48,734 nt of DNA, filler included, from Sphacelaria rigidula (GCA_964200075.2; 3 parts of 3 records of this genome joined end to end with filler, not necessarily neighbours in it), one strand, 5' to 3'; shown: positions 24,386 through 36,877, counted from the whole stretch's first letter. Numbers and translations: made by a program. Notes: generated by a model from the letters alone, not told the origin.

Positions 24386-27300
24386 CTACTCATCAACGCC
24401 CTCCCTAAGGCGCTCGGTAAGAACAGCTGCCACGTGTTCGGTCGACGGTACGTACTCAAGGCCGGACAGCATGTTTGTGGTGTACTCCCGTATACACTGA
24501 AACTTTATATCCACGTGCCTCACACGTCCGCTAAAGCCTGTGATAGTGGTGGCGTCGGTCGCACCGCGATTGCCGCATGCCCCCGGTGTTATGTCCTGTG
24601 TGGTCCTACCTCGCCCAGAATACCTCAACTGTAAAGGCCATATCTAGTGCCCTGCACCACTGCTGTTCATTCTGCCCCAGAAGTTGAAAATGCTAGTCCC
24701 TTGTTGTTCGGAGCTCCGAACAATCGATGATTTGTGTAGCAGAAACAGACGGAAAAGATGCAGCGCGGTGCGCCTGGTTGGCGTCCCTGATGCCCGCACC
24801 GTTGCGGGGTTTCTACTATTGTCTGATACGAGGTTGCGCCCGCGCGGATTTTCAATCTTCTGGCTTTGAAGGGATCGAGGTCGTCGTTACAATTATGTCG
24901 TCGGAACTTGGCGCCGCTGCCGTAGCCTCGGGCCGGTCATCGTCGACCCTGTGGCTGTGGTATTGTTGGGGTCAAACGACACTCCAGTAACGGGAGTAAA
25001 TCCATCAGTATCCTTGCTTAGCGGACCGGGAACCTCCAGGCTCGCCTTGACTTTCTCCTCCTCTTTCATTCTGACCTTCGTCGAGAGTGGTCATTTCAAT
25101 GCTCTTTGGTTTTTGTGCGAGGCCGCCCTTGACTGGCATACATCCTGCACCATACAGAGGTCCCTCCGCTGCCATCGCCATCTCACTTCGCCCCGGGCTT
25201 TTCCTTCGCTTTTCGGTCATGACCGAGGTCGTTCAGGCTCAGCACGCATCTGTCCTCAAGCTTGGCCGCTTCATTATCTCCCAGTGTCTCCGGTACAGGG
25301 CGGAACACATGTCCCTACTTCACGAACGGCAATCCTTCAGTTCTACCTGTGGGGCCTTGCCTGTCCGCGGTGCCTCCTTCTTCAGGTTTTGAGAGTGACC
25401 GTCCACGATTGGAGTCGCATGATGGACAGGCTCCACCGGCGGCTGCCGTGATCTCAGGGGTTCATCGGCCTCTCGGCTCTGGGGCTCGTGGTCCTTTTCT
25501 TACTTGTCCTCGTTATGTTGTATTTCATGGGTTCGTTTTTCTCGAGGGGCGTTGGCAACCTCTACACCTTCGGTTCGAGCGGCGCTCGGCGACGGATTCG
25601 CTTCTGGGTTGGCGCTATCCTTGGAGGGAGACGGTTCAGGCTCAGCCACCGTCGTCACTGTCGCCTTTGTTTCGCCCATTCTCAGTAAAAGTACTCTTGT
25701 CAATGGTTTCGCGGGCTTTCGACGGTTCACGTGATCCTGTCGCAATCTTTTCCGGAGAAACGTGGCGGGCACGTTGCTTCTTCGGACTGCCCTGTTAGGA
25801 TGACGACTATCAGCGAGCTCGCCTCGCAATCACCTCCCGTTGGATTATTGAAAAGCTGGCTTGTGCGATCGTGCCTTGCGCGCTGGGGCAGTCTGCTGGA
25901 CCCACGCCTTCCCCCATACAGCGACGCGATTGTTACTCTGGTCCCAGATGGGTCGTCAGGGGTTCACTCATTGAAGAGACACCCGTCGTAGCTCTATCTT
26001 CATGACCATTGAAGCCAACGGTTCGAAATCCCGCACGACGTCTTGGATTGTTTCTTCTGGTTAGAACGTGCACGGGTTTTATCAGCTTTCATTCCTGCTG
26101 TAGCGATCGGTACTAGCAGAGGAGTGATGCTACGGTAGGGGTACACAGATATTTACTGAGGTTAGAATTGTTAGGAGCCCTTTATGTCATCCAAAACACG
26201 ACTTATGAAAATATGCGAGANNNNNNNNNNATTCCAATGTGCTGGGGATATCCCGAATTAATATGCAAACGGGGATGCCCTGACCCATATTCTTGTGCGT
26301 CTAGAATCGTTAAGAACCCTAAACTAGACAAAATTTCGCGAAAAAAGTGCCCCTACCGTAGCATTGCTCAGAGGGAGAACCTGTCGTGGCCTACGAGCAT
26401 CCCGCGTTTCGCGTGGGGACTGGAACGCCATTGTGCAGATCCTGGTGTTGGTGCACGAAGAATTTCGACTCCCTAGTGCGAAGTCGATCGCGATTTCTCT
26501 GTTGATCTCTCGAATGGCATTTTGCTCAAACGATACTCGTGGGACATCCCATCAATCTTCAATGCTGCACCTGTCACGGCGAAGGACCAGTCCTGCTCAT
26601 TACACCTGGATCGTAATCGTTGACCTGACGCTGCTTGCATGAGCTGCTTGATGGTACGTTCGGCAAAGCCGTTACTGGGCAATCCTGGGGTGAGAGTGGC
26701 GCCACCTGATCCCGCGGTCGGCCAGCATACGCTGGGATTTCACGGATCTTTCGAGGCCCCTACTTCTAGTGCCGTCTTCGCTGATTATATCCCTCATGAG
26801 CCATTTCGTCGATGTGGGCCCCAGTGGCATCAGTGGTAACACCTCGCGTTTCGAGTCCAACAACGAGCCTGTCTTGACTACTCTCGTCCACAAAAACCTG
26901 CAAGTGTTTCATTCCCGTGACATGGGCGTACAAAGCCCTCAAGGTCAATGTGTGCGAGTGTTGACCCCGGCAAACGTCGTCGCGACTCTGTCTGCAAGTC
27001 TGGTGGGGATTTTTTCCTCGCACCCTCTCATGTACAATGTGAAACGTTTTTCGAAACTGTTTTGAGGGGTGCTTTCGGTGCGATTTCTTTTTAGGGAAGG
27101 AAATCCCGCGCCCGTGCTATACCCGTCAACTACTTCTGCTGGTGGCTTGCTGCTTATATTGACACCACCTGTGATTTCTTGTGAGGCATCATTCGCACTG
27201 TCAACTATCACTTCCGACAGACCTACGCCGGCCTTCCTGGCGTGCCCCAAACTCGGCACGTATTTGCTATTCAGTCGACGTGTACATCAAGGAGGAGATG

Positions 27301-27500
27301 GCCGCCCGTTTCAACTGATCGTAGTTCGCGTCGGGCTGGGTAATGAAAAGCGCACAAACCTGGAGCAGCGCCTCCTCGATCCCTAGCGGAATGGCCACCT
27401 TATTGGTTGCCCCATTCTTCGGTTCTCTCAGGGCCTCGCACTCTGACCAGATTTGTTCGAGCTTGATGATGAAGTCGATTGCATCCTCTGCAGCCGCACA
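24386..27500 (-). mobile_element. Decayed Ty1/copia LTR retrotransposon (integrase ... RNase H; RT apparently missing)
   Basis: Integrase-like MLADRGIRWRHSHPRIAQ / SNGFAERTIKQLM at about 26730-26640. Copia RNase H C-terminus RVRHVDIKFQCIREY...LEYVPSTEHVAAVLTERL at 24400-24530. Integrase lies upstream of RNase H, the copia order. Frameshifted. Confidence 0.75.
26122..26369. mobile_element. Sola2-like MITE, second copy
   Basis: Same TIRs (GAGTGATGCTACGGTAGGGG / CCCCTACCGTAGCATTGCTC) with a 4-bp TSD AGAG. Contains a short N run. Inserted into the copia remnant. A diverged partial third copy starts near 21008. Confidence 0.85.
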
Positions 27501-28494
27501 ATGGAGGTTTCGTAGCCTTGCCTAGCGAGAGTGGGTGGGTGGGCCACGTATCCTGCGCCTGTTCACTACAGACGCCCTATATTCGACCGTACCCCTTGCC
27601 GTCTAGGGAGTCAGCGCTCTCGTTGCTCCACAATTCCCGCAGCAGCTCCGCACCCAGCTTGTACGAGTAGGAGCCATAGCGAATGTGAGCGCTCGACGTG
27701 CGCCTGATAGGCTTGGGGCTCCTGGGTCGACGCTGTGATGGTCGGCCGCGACGGAACGACGGAGTCTGAATTCAGGAATGGATAAGACCCCTTTCCCCCG
27801 GCGTATCCAACGATCTCCAACCTCCAGGTTGTCCAGCTCTCCCCGTTTGTCCACAAGACCCCGTCGAGATTGGCAGCGGATGGATTCGCCTGGATACGCT
27901 CGATGTCCACAACCTCAGTACACATACTTGATACGTGAAGATAATTACCAGCACTTTCAATCACGCTATCGGCAGCAAGCGAGAGTGTTGATGCCTTCAA
28001 TACTCCAGGAGAGGAATTAGCCTGACCCGTGTGGGCGCCACATCACCTCAAAATTGCCTGCAAGTCAATATCACATACTGGCTACCATCAGTACCCGATC
28101 CACTCTATGTTGCCACCACGGACTTCTGCCGGATTGCCCTGAACCATTATCCTGGACGGTTTGCGATGAAAATATACGAAGTAGAGTCAGTCCATCCTAT
28201 TCAGAGCGGACTCGCTACTTGGTTCCTGGACCGCTCTTGTCGTTGTGCGTTCAGCTAAATGAGTCTGACATATACTGCACCATCCAACTTGCTAACACAC
28301 AGTTATTTATTCTACACGGTGAGCTATATACCACGTGTCACTCCATGCCTCACGATAACACATCACCCTGCACAGTCAGCAGCACCCCAGTTAGAGTCAA
28401 TGTTGCTGTGTTCAGTTAAGTGACGTAGAACACCGTCTGATGTTTATTGTCTCGTATATACCAAAGTATATATCGCCATACGTCTAACCCTTGC

Positions 28495-28765
28495 TCTTTT
28501 TCGGGATGGTTCCAAGGTCTGGGTCTTAAGGGACCGGTCCTTCTCTCCGCCGGTACATGCCTGACATTTGGTCTCGCGGGTTGGATCAGCACTTGAGTAG
28601 CGCAACGAGTCTTGCCAAGGTTTCTTTACTTCTCATGTTCTCATGCTTCCAATGACAGCAACCAGATTCAGCTGAAATAACACCGTATCCATCGGATTCG
28701 AACCGGCAACCTTCCGCCCTAACTGACGATTATTGGTGTACCCGTTAGACCACCAGGCCCCAGCG
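28495..28765 (-). mobile_element. tRNA-headed SINE family, copy C
   Basis: On the plus strand TCGCGGGTTGGATCAGCAC and GGTCTTAAGGG; B box GGTTCGAATCC on the minus strand. Confidence 0.6.
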
Positions 28766-29669
28766 GTAAATTGGAGTATCATACATCGAGCGGGGCGATG
28801 GGGGCCCCGAAGCCGCTTTTCTCCCTGAACAAGGCACCGTATCGCCATACGACACCGACCGTTTACCCGCAGATATCGATCGGAACATTTATATCGATGC
28901 ATCATTCGTTGTCGGCATGGCTGCCGAATTGTGAGATAGTGGAGCCCAGATGCCTTATAATCGCAGGTGACAAGAATCGTCAACTGCGATTCCACCCGCA
29001 GCGATACGCTGTCCAACCCCGGTTTTTTTCTCGACGACGACCAACACCCCGCACTCGAGAAAGACGGTGGCTATCGGAAAGTATCGAGGAGATATGAACG
29101 TACTTTGTGCTGGCTACATGGAAGCAATCTCTAATTGAACCTGAAACTCGTGCTTACGTGTGTGCGTGTGTTATTTTTCAGTCATCGCATCAGTGTTTCT
29201 ATTGAGATCCACGCTCGAAGCTGCGCGTGCTTGCGTGTGCGTTGGACGACAGCGTACACACCACCGAGACTTATTGTGCCTTGCCTACAAACCGTCTTCG
29301 AAATTCGAAACACGAAACAGCCATGGCTTGCCTGCGGCGTCACGTCCACTGCTCTTTGTTCTCCGAACACAGCACGTGTTATATACTCCAAATCAAAATA
29401 AATCTGATTTCCTATGCAAATTTCGCGGTAACGAAGATATACTTTGATGAGGGGAAAACAACGCGCCACTTGGGTTTGTCTGATACTATAAAGCCATAGC
29501 TGGCAGAAAACCCGTGAGCATTTCCTATCCGATTTCACAGATAAGCTGACCAGCCCGCATATCATTGATGAGCACCTGCGTCCCCAGTCGACGTCTGTTT
29601 CCCCGCTCTACTGTTGAAGTGCTTGTTGGTAGTGGTGGTGTTGTGATTATTGCCTGGAGTATGACTATA

Positions 29670-29706
<37 letters not shown>

Positions 29707-29732
29707 CGACGACGACGATAATGACGATGACA
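29670..29732. repeat. Compound (GAT)n(GAC)n microsatellite
   Basis: ATGATGATG... followed by GACGACGAC...; it produces the poly-M, poly-H and poly-I runs in the ORF track. Confidence 0.95.
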
Positions 29733-30262
29733 ATAGCGTCGAATTTGGTCATCATCACCATCACTGCTTATGAATATCAAACATGTCAGAAGACTCATAC
29801 TTGAATATCGACAATAAGTAACGACCGTCAATTGGTGAGTCACACACGCTACAAAAAACGGTTGAAAACAACTCCAGCGACCCATTTAATGAACGGCAAT
29901 ATGATTCTCCATTTCAAAAAATTCAAACCCTTGATGGCGGTCCGCGTGTCCGCCTCAGCCAAGAACGGCGCCGTCCGTCGGAGTACGTGGGTGATAGCTT
30001 TCACGTTGGCTATGAGGTAAAGCAGAGGCAAAAGGCGTAAACGGACAATAACACAGTTTCAGGCAAGGCTTCAGCAGGGCATCGAGACAAAAAGCGAGGG
30101 CGTGAAGAAAGTGGTACGAGACGATGGGCGTACTGTAGCTACTCGAAAAAAAATGAACAACAGACCCTCCCTTACAGCCAGACTGCACTGATTCGTCAAT
30201 GCCTGCGTGCCTAGTCCTTATTTGTTATTATATTTATTATTTATTGTTTGTCGCACTTTGAA

Positions 30263-30540
30263 CTCCTCTCCTTCCTCGGGATAAATTTGTGGTCTCAAGG
30301 GATGAATCCATCCCTCCCCGGTAAACGCCTTGCATTTGGGACTCGCGGATTGGGTCAGCACTCCCGCACCGCGTCAACTCACGTCAAACAAACTCACTCA
30401 ACTACTTTGTTTACTCACGTTCTCACGCTTCCCACGGTGGAAATCAGATGATACGAAGAAAAGATCCAACGCACCGGGAATCTAACCCTCGTTCTCTCCA
30501 CTCTAATGACGACAGTTGGACCATTACACCAACGGGGCGC
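30263..30540 (-). mobile_element. tRNA-headed SINE family, copy D
   Basis: Reverse complement closely resembles copy A (TGGTGTAATGGTCC...GTGGAGAGAACG...GAGTTGACGCGGTGCGG). Confidence 0.75.
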
Positions 30541-32459
30541 GGCACACCCTTGTGAACTGGCATTGTTGGGTTATGAAAATATTCGAAAAGGTAGCTATAT
30601 TTATGAAGTCACACACAAGAAGGCTAACCGACCTAACAAAAACAGATAGCAACCAATTATCGTTACGCAGATTCATCTGGTGGTTGTGATTGTATCAGAT
30701 GACGAATGAATGGTTTGCGCGTCTTCCCTTCTGTCTAGCACACCTGCAGGGATAAAAGCTCTGCCACTGCCGGCGGAATGTCTCCACTCTCCGGAAACGC
30801 CTCCTCTGGAAGCAGAACCTAGGTAAGTACAGTCGCGAGTTCCGAAAAAAAACGATCGTGTCCGGCATACAGATACAAAAGAATACTCAGCAGTGATATA
30901 TTTGCAAACAGGGGAGTCACCACTGGAAGCGATCCGGACCACGGCCGAAATCAGATCAATGCATACGCTTTCGCAGCTGAGCTGCAGTTCTGTTGCCTCT
31001 TTAGGGCCATTCGGGCAGCGGCGGGAATATCAAAATTATTTACAATGTTTTTGGCGTTTCTCAAAAACTACGCGGACAATGCCCTGGAATCTACCATTGT
31101 TGGTAGAGTTTCCCCAGGGAAAAAATGAAGCGCCTCAAGGCCTTCGCGCGGGTGGGCAGATCGTGTCAGGAACGTGCTGTTGATACATCCACGAAATGCG
31201 GAAAGACGCAAGTATGACCGGAAACTCCAACGCGATATTGAATTCAGGTGTAAAAAAGGCACCCTTCATTCCGCCGCCGCCAGGAATGGCCGGCCCTCCG
31301 CGGGCACGAAATGAACAACCAACGCTTGTGTTTCTCAATACCACCGTCTAGTTCACGACCGCGGCTGAAGAGTTTGTTGCGGGTCAGTTAACGTGTGACA
31401 ATCAATCACTCACTTGACAGATTCGGAAGCATGTCTCAGTTTTCTCGGCGCAATTTCTCTCGGCCGGTGCATACATCTTACGATTGAGACTGTTTTGAAG
31501 ACCCACTTGTTTTCACAGAACATCTGAGAAACTCACGACGCTGAAAAAATATAAACGGGTGCCTGAGATGTGACCATTCGATGATATATTCACAACAAAA
31601 AACGTTTATCTTTAGAAGAAGAAACGTTGTCATCCAAACAAAGAACGGATGTCCGAGATTGTTCAATATAACAGAGGACAATATTATGGCGAAGGTAGAA
31701 CCACGTTTGGAGGATAACTTGACCGGCAAGCTTTGGTGATACCTCAACGGAACATTGTTCTTTCTGTACGCATTCGACACGAGTTTTGAGGTCGCGGTAG
31801 GCAGTAAGTGATAAAGATCACTATAATAATGACAGACAGGAAATGCAAAGTGTTCAGGAATCCGCTCTTACTAGAACCTGTATTATCTGTCCATCTTGGT
31901 ATTTTACGACCAACTGCAGTAGTTTCACAATATCGTCATATTCGAGCATGTTGTCCGGGATTATCCGCTAGCGCGGGTGGCATGCAAACACTCCCTTGTT
32001 GATTGTTTTGTAGCTTCGAGTGTCTCGAAGAGCGACACCCGAGATGGGTCCCGTTGATCGACGGGTGTCTTAACGTTTTCCCGTGGAATAACTTGTGTCG
32101 CGACGACGCAATGCAGTGACGTTCGTTGCGGCCACCGCCGCATTGTTGGATCATAATAGTAGTATGAAGATTGAAACATTCCACGGGGGCATCCCGGTCG
32201 ATCACTTGTGGCACCGCCAATGCTTCAACAGCGGTGTCGAAGCTGCAGGCCCCGTTAAAGGTAGTTGTGGGTACTGTGGTGATTTGCTGCTGACGTCAAC
32301 TTGAAAGGTGTGCTATGGCGAGGTCTTCGCCTGGCAAAGCTCGTTCGTCATGTACCAAAGCACCAACATACAGTACCGGCCCGCTAGTAAGAAACGTGTC
32401 AGTAAGAAAATCAGCCTCAAAATTTAGACAAACTTAAGAAACGGCCCAGCCTCGGCATG

Positions 32460-32559
32460 NNNNNNNNNNNNNNNNNNNNNNNNNNNNNNNNNNNNNNNNN
32501 NNNTTAATTAATTAANNNNNNNNNNNNNNNNNNNNNNNNNNNNNNNNNNNNNNNNNNNN
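32460..32559. other. Assembly gap with artificial TTAATTAATTAA linker
   Basis: 100-nt N block with TTAATTAATTAA at 32504-32515. Confidence 0.95.
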
Positions 32560-34921
32560 CTTACGCCGCGAGTGTGGCAGGTCGTCTGACACACTTACAA
32601 GCCTATTTTTCCGTGCAACCAAAATACCCCCCCCCCCCTATCGTAGGATGACTCTATGGTTGATCTCAGGTGACCATAATAATGAGCTTTCATGCTTGAC
32701 GACGAAACCAGTCTTGAAGCAGTCTTGTGGAAACGTTACAAAAGTGCTCATCTTGACGACCGTGATTGGTCAGAATGGTCATACTGCGCCTCTCGAGCCC
32801 CTTGCACGGCCCATGATTTTCCGCGGGAACCTTTCAAACACGCATGGTTGAGTCCGTGGGCATTCGGCGATGCTCTGTGTACAGACCCCCCCCCCGACCA
32901 CTGGAAACCCCCGGATGTCTCGGGACTGTGCGCCTATACAACTGTTCCGAGACGACGCTCGTAGTCTAAGAGTTAACTGCCATTGCGCCAACTCTAGCAA
33001 TCACGTCAAGGGGGTCATCGTGAAACGTTTCTAACAGTGCGCACGAGAAGTACGGCAAGCGAACGCGAAGTTCGTGAAGCAGCTGAGAATATTAAAGTGA
33101 CAACAGCTAAGAGAATGCTTGGATGCTCAAAAACGACGAGCAACACCGCGTTGGGAGAAGGATCGGGAGTGTACCCACGGGAGCAAATGGAGACGTGAGA
33201 AAATTGGAATGACAACACGACTGTAAGGAACATGCAAAGAAAGCGAATGCTGGCCATACATGTTGATACGGCTGCATACGGGAGTAACGAAAGGTCAGGC
33301 TGGGAAAAGGTGGGATAGCGTAGTCCAGAAAATATGGAACGGAGGAGGAAACCAATAGGATGATATCTATAGGTGTATGCAGGGATACGAAGCGAAGGCA
33401 AAGCAAAAATGAAAATGAGAGGAAAACAAGTGCAAAGAAAGCGGACGAACAGCGCCTGGAGGTACGGTGTCTCCAATAAGAGTAGGAACATTGCTCCGTC
33501 TCGAAAGGGATGCGCAGTCAATGTTCAGATGCCCAAGGCGAGCTACGACTGAGCCCCACCACCCCCTCCCCCCCCAAACGTTCGCACAGTGTATGTTTTC
33601 CTGATAATTGTTGTCGGCGCTCGTTTCTCGTTCACTCCACCTTCAAGGTACTGCTGACGCTGAAGAGGTGAAGCGGCATTTGTCCAACTGCACCTTACTC
33701 GAGCTCGTAACAGTCCGCAAGAACACGGCCGATACAGTGAAGTAGTCACGTTCTGCCCGATCGAGGTCGCTTTGCGCTTTCATGTAGCGTACCGGCACCA
33801 GTACTGGCTGGCACCCGATATCCGGCCTACCGGGGACTGTACCGCCAGGTACTGTACCGCCCGGTACTCGCCGGCACCATACTCAATATTTCTGTTCAAT
33901 AACGCCTCTATATTCTAGAACCTCTTTTATTTATTGCCACTCGATACCGACCTTTGCCAGGAAACGCATACTCCCTGAGACTCACAAACATCACACCCGA
34001 ATTTGAAACACTCAACTTTACTTGCAAGGACCTTCCACCATCGGCTTGATGAAATGAAGAATCCCCTTCCTGTACCAAGTGTAAAACTCGGCGCCACAAT
34101 CGTAAGGCGAACAACGAAACACATCAACGAAAAGCCAAGCATTCATGTTCAACAAGGTTTGAACTTCTCTACGCCATAGATACCGACGATCATCGATTAT
34201 TACACTGCGCTCAAAATAGCCTCGCAAAACCACAAACACACTCGCACAAAACATTACATCCATGAAGACAATTTTATTCATTGTGCGAAGCTTCGTCGCC
34301 GTCAAAGTTGTGTGTAAACAGGGGACGCGGAAAATGCAAGGGACATCACACCTCTAAGTACCTACGCGAACGTACCATTACACAACCTCATATTTGTTCG
34401 AGCGGCCTGTGCACTCTCTTATCCTTGATCTTGGCCGTATAAAACTCCGGGACCCCCCTTTCGAATGGAAAGCTAAGGGACGCATACACTCAGCAGTATA
34501 CACTCGTCAACTGACGAAAAATGCAAGGCTCATCCCCCCCCCCCACGCGCGCGCTCGCAAGTTAAACTAAACGATATCGGACATATCCCACAAGCGGCCT
34601 CGAAGCCGAAAAACAAATGGTGACAGCTCTACAAGCAAATGCAACACATAACATCGTAAAAGCAAGGGAGAGGATGTGTCCAACATATAACCACTATTGT
34701 CCGACACGAGGGGTTCAAGCCACAACCAGAAATACAAGTTTAGCGCTCATGGAAGCGGTAAACCTACAACTGCACGGCACGCTCAGATACATCCGAGGCA
34801 TGAAAGGAATCATGAGTCAAAAAGGAATCATTAGTCAAAACGCCATGTGACCCAACATCGACACCCATATGACGACAGGCGAGAAGATCCTCGTGTGTAA
34901 CACCAAAGCTGGTGCGGGTGT

Positions 34922-34997
34922 TCAGGGGTAGCCGCATTCTTCAGAAGATTTGGAAGGCCTTTCCACTTGCTCCTCGTACCTACCGCGATAGTTGCCC
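34922..34997 (-). CDS. WSC + CAP protein, exon 7 (terminal)
   Basis: TGCAG acceptor, phase 2. Reads (P)GNYRGRYEEQVERPSKSSEECGYP* and completes the CNYNPPGN motif. TGA at 34924-34922. Confidence 0.88.
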
Positions 34998-35167
34998 CTG
35001 CAAGCATTTCCACAAAGTACACGACCATCAGTGTAGCAAATATTGGCACAGATGACAACTTATCTTCTTCCAATGAAAATGGCGAGGGGAAACAATGTGT
35101 GATCTGTACTGGACACCCATGAGGCAGGGTGTAAGCTGTGGCTATCTCCGGAAGTGGCGATATTTCA

Positions 35168-35325
35168 ACACTACGTGGTACGATCATACCCATTGTGAGG
35201 AGTTGAGGTTCTCCCACGCCGCACGGCATGATCTCGCTCGACTACCAACATGGTTACCGCAAAAAAGGCGCGCGAAAACAAAACGGTAACCTGGTGGTCT
35301 AGCTTACGCAGCGAGTGGCGTGTTC
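35168..35325 (+). repeat. Dispersed repeat (partner ~47388-47540)
   Basis: Shared ACACTxCGTxGTACGATCAT, GGTTCTCC, CATGATCTxGCTCGAC and CATGGTTxCCGCAAA blocks. Confidence 0.7.
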
Positions 35326-35827
35326 TACAGCGTCATCGCCAACCGACGCCAACCCCATCGGGGTGCGCCGCTACAAAACCCGAACGGAGCACGCCGGTTT
35401 CTCGCCGAACAGGCTAAGGGGGACGTACTAACTTGTTCCATGCCTTAATCGTTTGGCCATTGACCACACACCCCTTTCGAGACGGAGCAGGGGGGGTGGT
35501 AGTACTCATTTGTTGCTTGCCTTAGTCGTTTTATCATTGACCACGCATCCCTTTCGAGATGGAGCACCCAGGGGGGAGTTTCACAGCCTGCAGTTAGTGA
35601 AACTCGTTGCACGTGGAACGACGATCATGCATTTTTTCCCGAGGTTTCACACAATTTGACTCAAGAAAATACGAGGAAGTCCCCGTGAAGCATCTGTGTG
35701 GTGATGATCCCCCACACCGCATGTTGTGAAGGTATTGAGACGTATGTGGTCTCCGTCAACGAGTTAAAAAGCGTTTTCCCGCGCTGTGAATCTACAGAAA
35801 CGCCGTGCTGAGTCTCGTGTGACTTAC

Positions 35828-35981
35828 GGAGGGTTGTAGTTGCAGACGAGCACTTGCGTTTTCTGGCTTCCGTTCGAGCAGTTTGCTACGGCACAACCGA
35901 GTTCAGTGGAATCCTTCCACAAGATTTGGGTCGCGTGTCCACCATAGCCTGTGACTGGCCCGTCGTTAAGCTCGCTCTCAT
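35828..35981 (-). CDS. WSC + CAP protein, exon 6
   Basis: CAG acceptor; 154 nt, phase 1-2. Reads (Y)ESELNDGPVTGYGGHATQILWKDSTELGCAVANCSNGSQKTQVLVCNYNP(P), containing the CAP1 (GHxTQxxW) and CAP2 (VCNYxPxGN) motifs. Donor CC|GTAAGT. Confidence 0.92.
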
Positions 35982-36231
35982 CTGTGCGGGGTCAACATCA
36001 ACCAAAGCAACAACGCCGTCAAGCTCGATGTTTGAAAAACTTGTTCATACAATCATCGAGGTATGGAGCAAACACGATTTTGCATACAGTAATCGAAGAA
36101 TGAGACAAGCAACGAATGCTACCCAGCGCGAAAGGCACAGTTGACTGCACGGAGGGAGACGGCTTGACGCCAAAGCTGTGACATGCACGTGCACGACGAG
36201 AAAAGTCGGCCAAATCGTGGGAATCACTCAC

Positions 36232-36376
36232 ACAGTCGTTCCATGGCGCCCTCGGAACTGTAGCAGTCACCTCCGCTACTCCAGCACAAGTACAAGTTCT
36301 CGCCGTAGCCGTTACGTTCGGTTGAGTGTACCAGTTGTCCGCACTTTCCGGGGCCAGCCAACACCAGCGAATACGC
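36232..36376 (-). CDS. WSC + CAP protein, exon 5
   Basis: CAG acceptor; 145 nt, phase 0-1. Reads AYSLVLAGPGKCGQLVHSTERNGYGENLYLCWSSGGDCYSSEGAMERL (CAP HS...GENL motif). Donor T|GTGAGT. Confidence 0.9.
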
Positions 36377-36684
36377 CTGAGCGACGGAGATAAGGTCGAA
36401 CGCAATTTAACATGTGTATATACAGAGAGACAGAGAAAGAGAGACTATCCTTCTCACAAAACGCATCGCTTTGTAGCTACACTCGGGCAGTGTCCTATCG
36501 TGAGACGAAGGAACCACGAATTGCTCGTCAGAACAGCTGGCTATCACATTTGAACCCTCAGCGATCAGCAGAAGTCAAGACGATACTTGTCCAGCTACAA
36601 GTCAGATCTGCGCACAGTCCGGATGGTGCGGCGGTTCTCGCGTTGCTTACTAGTATACGAAGGCGGGTCAAGGACACAACACCT

Positions 36685-36877
36685 TGTAATACGTGAGAGG
36701 ACCGCGTCGGAATTTGAACATCCCCATGGTGGGGGTTAGGGTTATGGTTGGTGTTGGGGTTAGGGTTAAGGGCGTGATCCCTGAAGGAACTGGCCCGATT
36801 GGTGTAGAAAAGTCTTTCCTGCGGTGTTTCGAACTACGATGCGGCCACCTAAGCACACAGTCCTTTCACGCATTACA
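36685..36877. mobile_element. Ginger-like telomeric-repeat MITE, second copy (in the WSC-CAP intron)
   Basis: TGTAATACGTGAGAGGACC...TCCTTTCACGCATTACA with a 4-bp TSD ACCT and a degenerate GGGTTA array at about 36730-36771. Confidence 0.8.

Noticed and set aside
27600..28000. Gypsy integrase zinc-finger-like fragment (IPEFRLRRSVAADHH)
   Set aside because: A single weak motif with no supporting neighbouring domains.
29525..29885. Poly-His, poly-Met and poly-Ile ORFs
   Set aside because: They are translations of a (GAT)n microsatellite with no splice or domain support.
35458..35566. CRISPR-like repeat-spacer-repeat (32-bp repeat, 45-nt spacer)
   Set aside because: Only two imperfect copies, located in a eukaryotic intron, with no cas genes.
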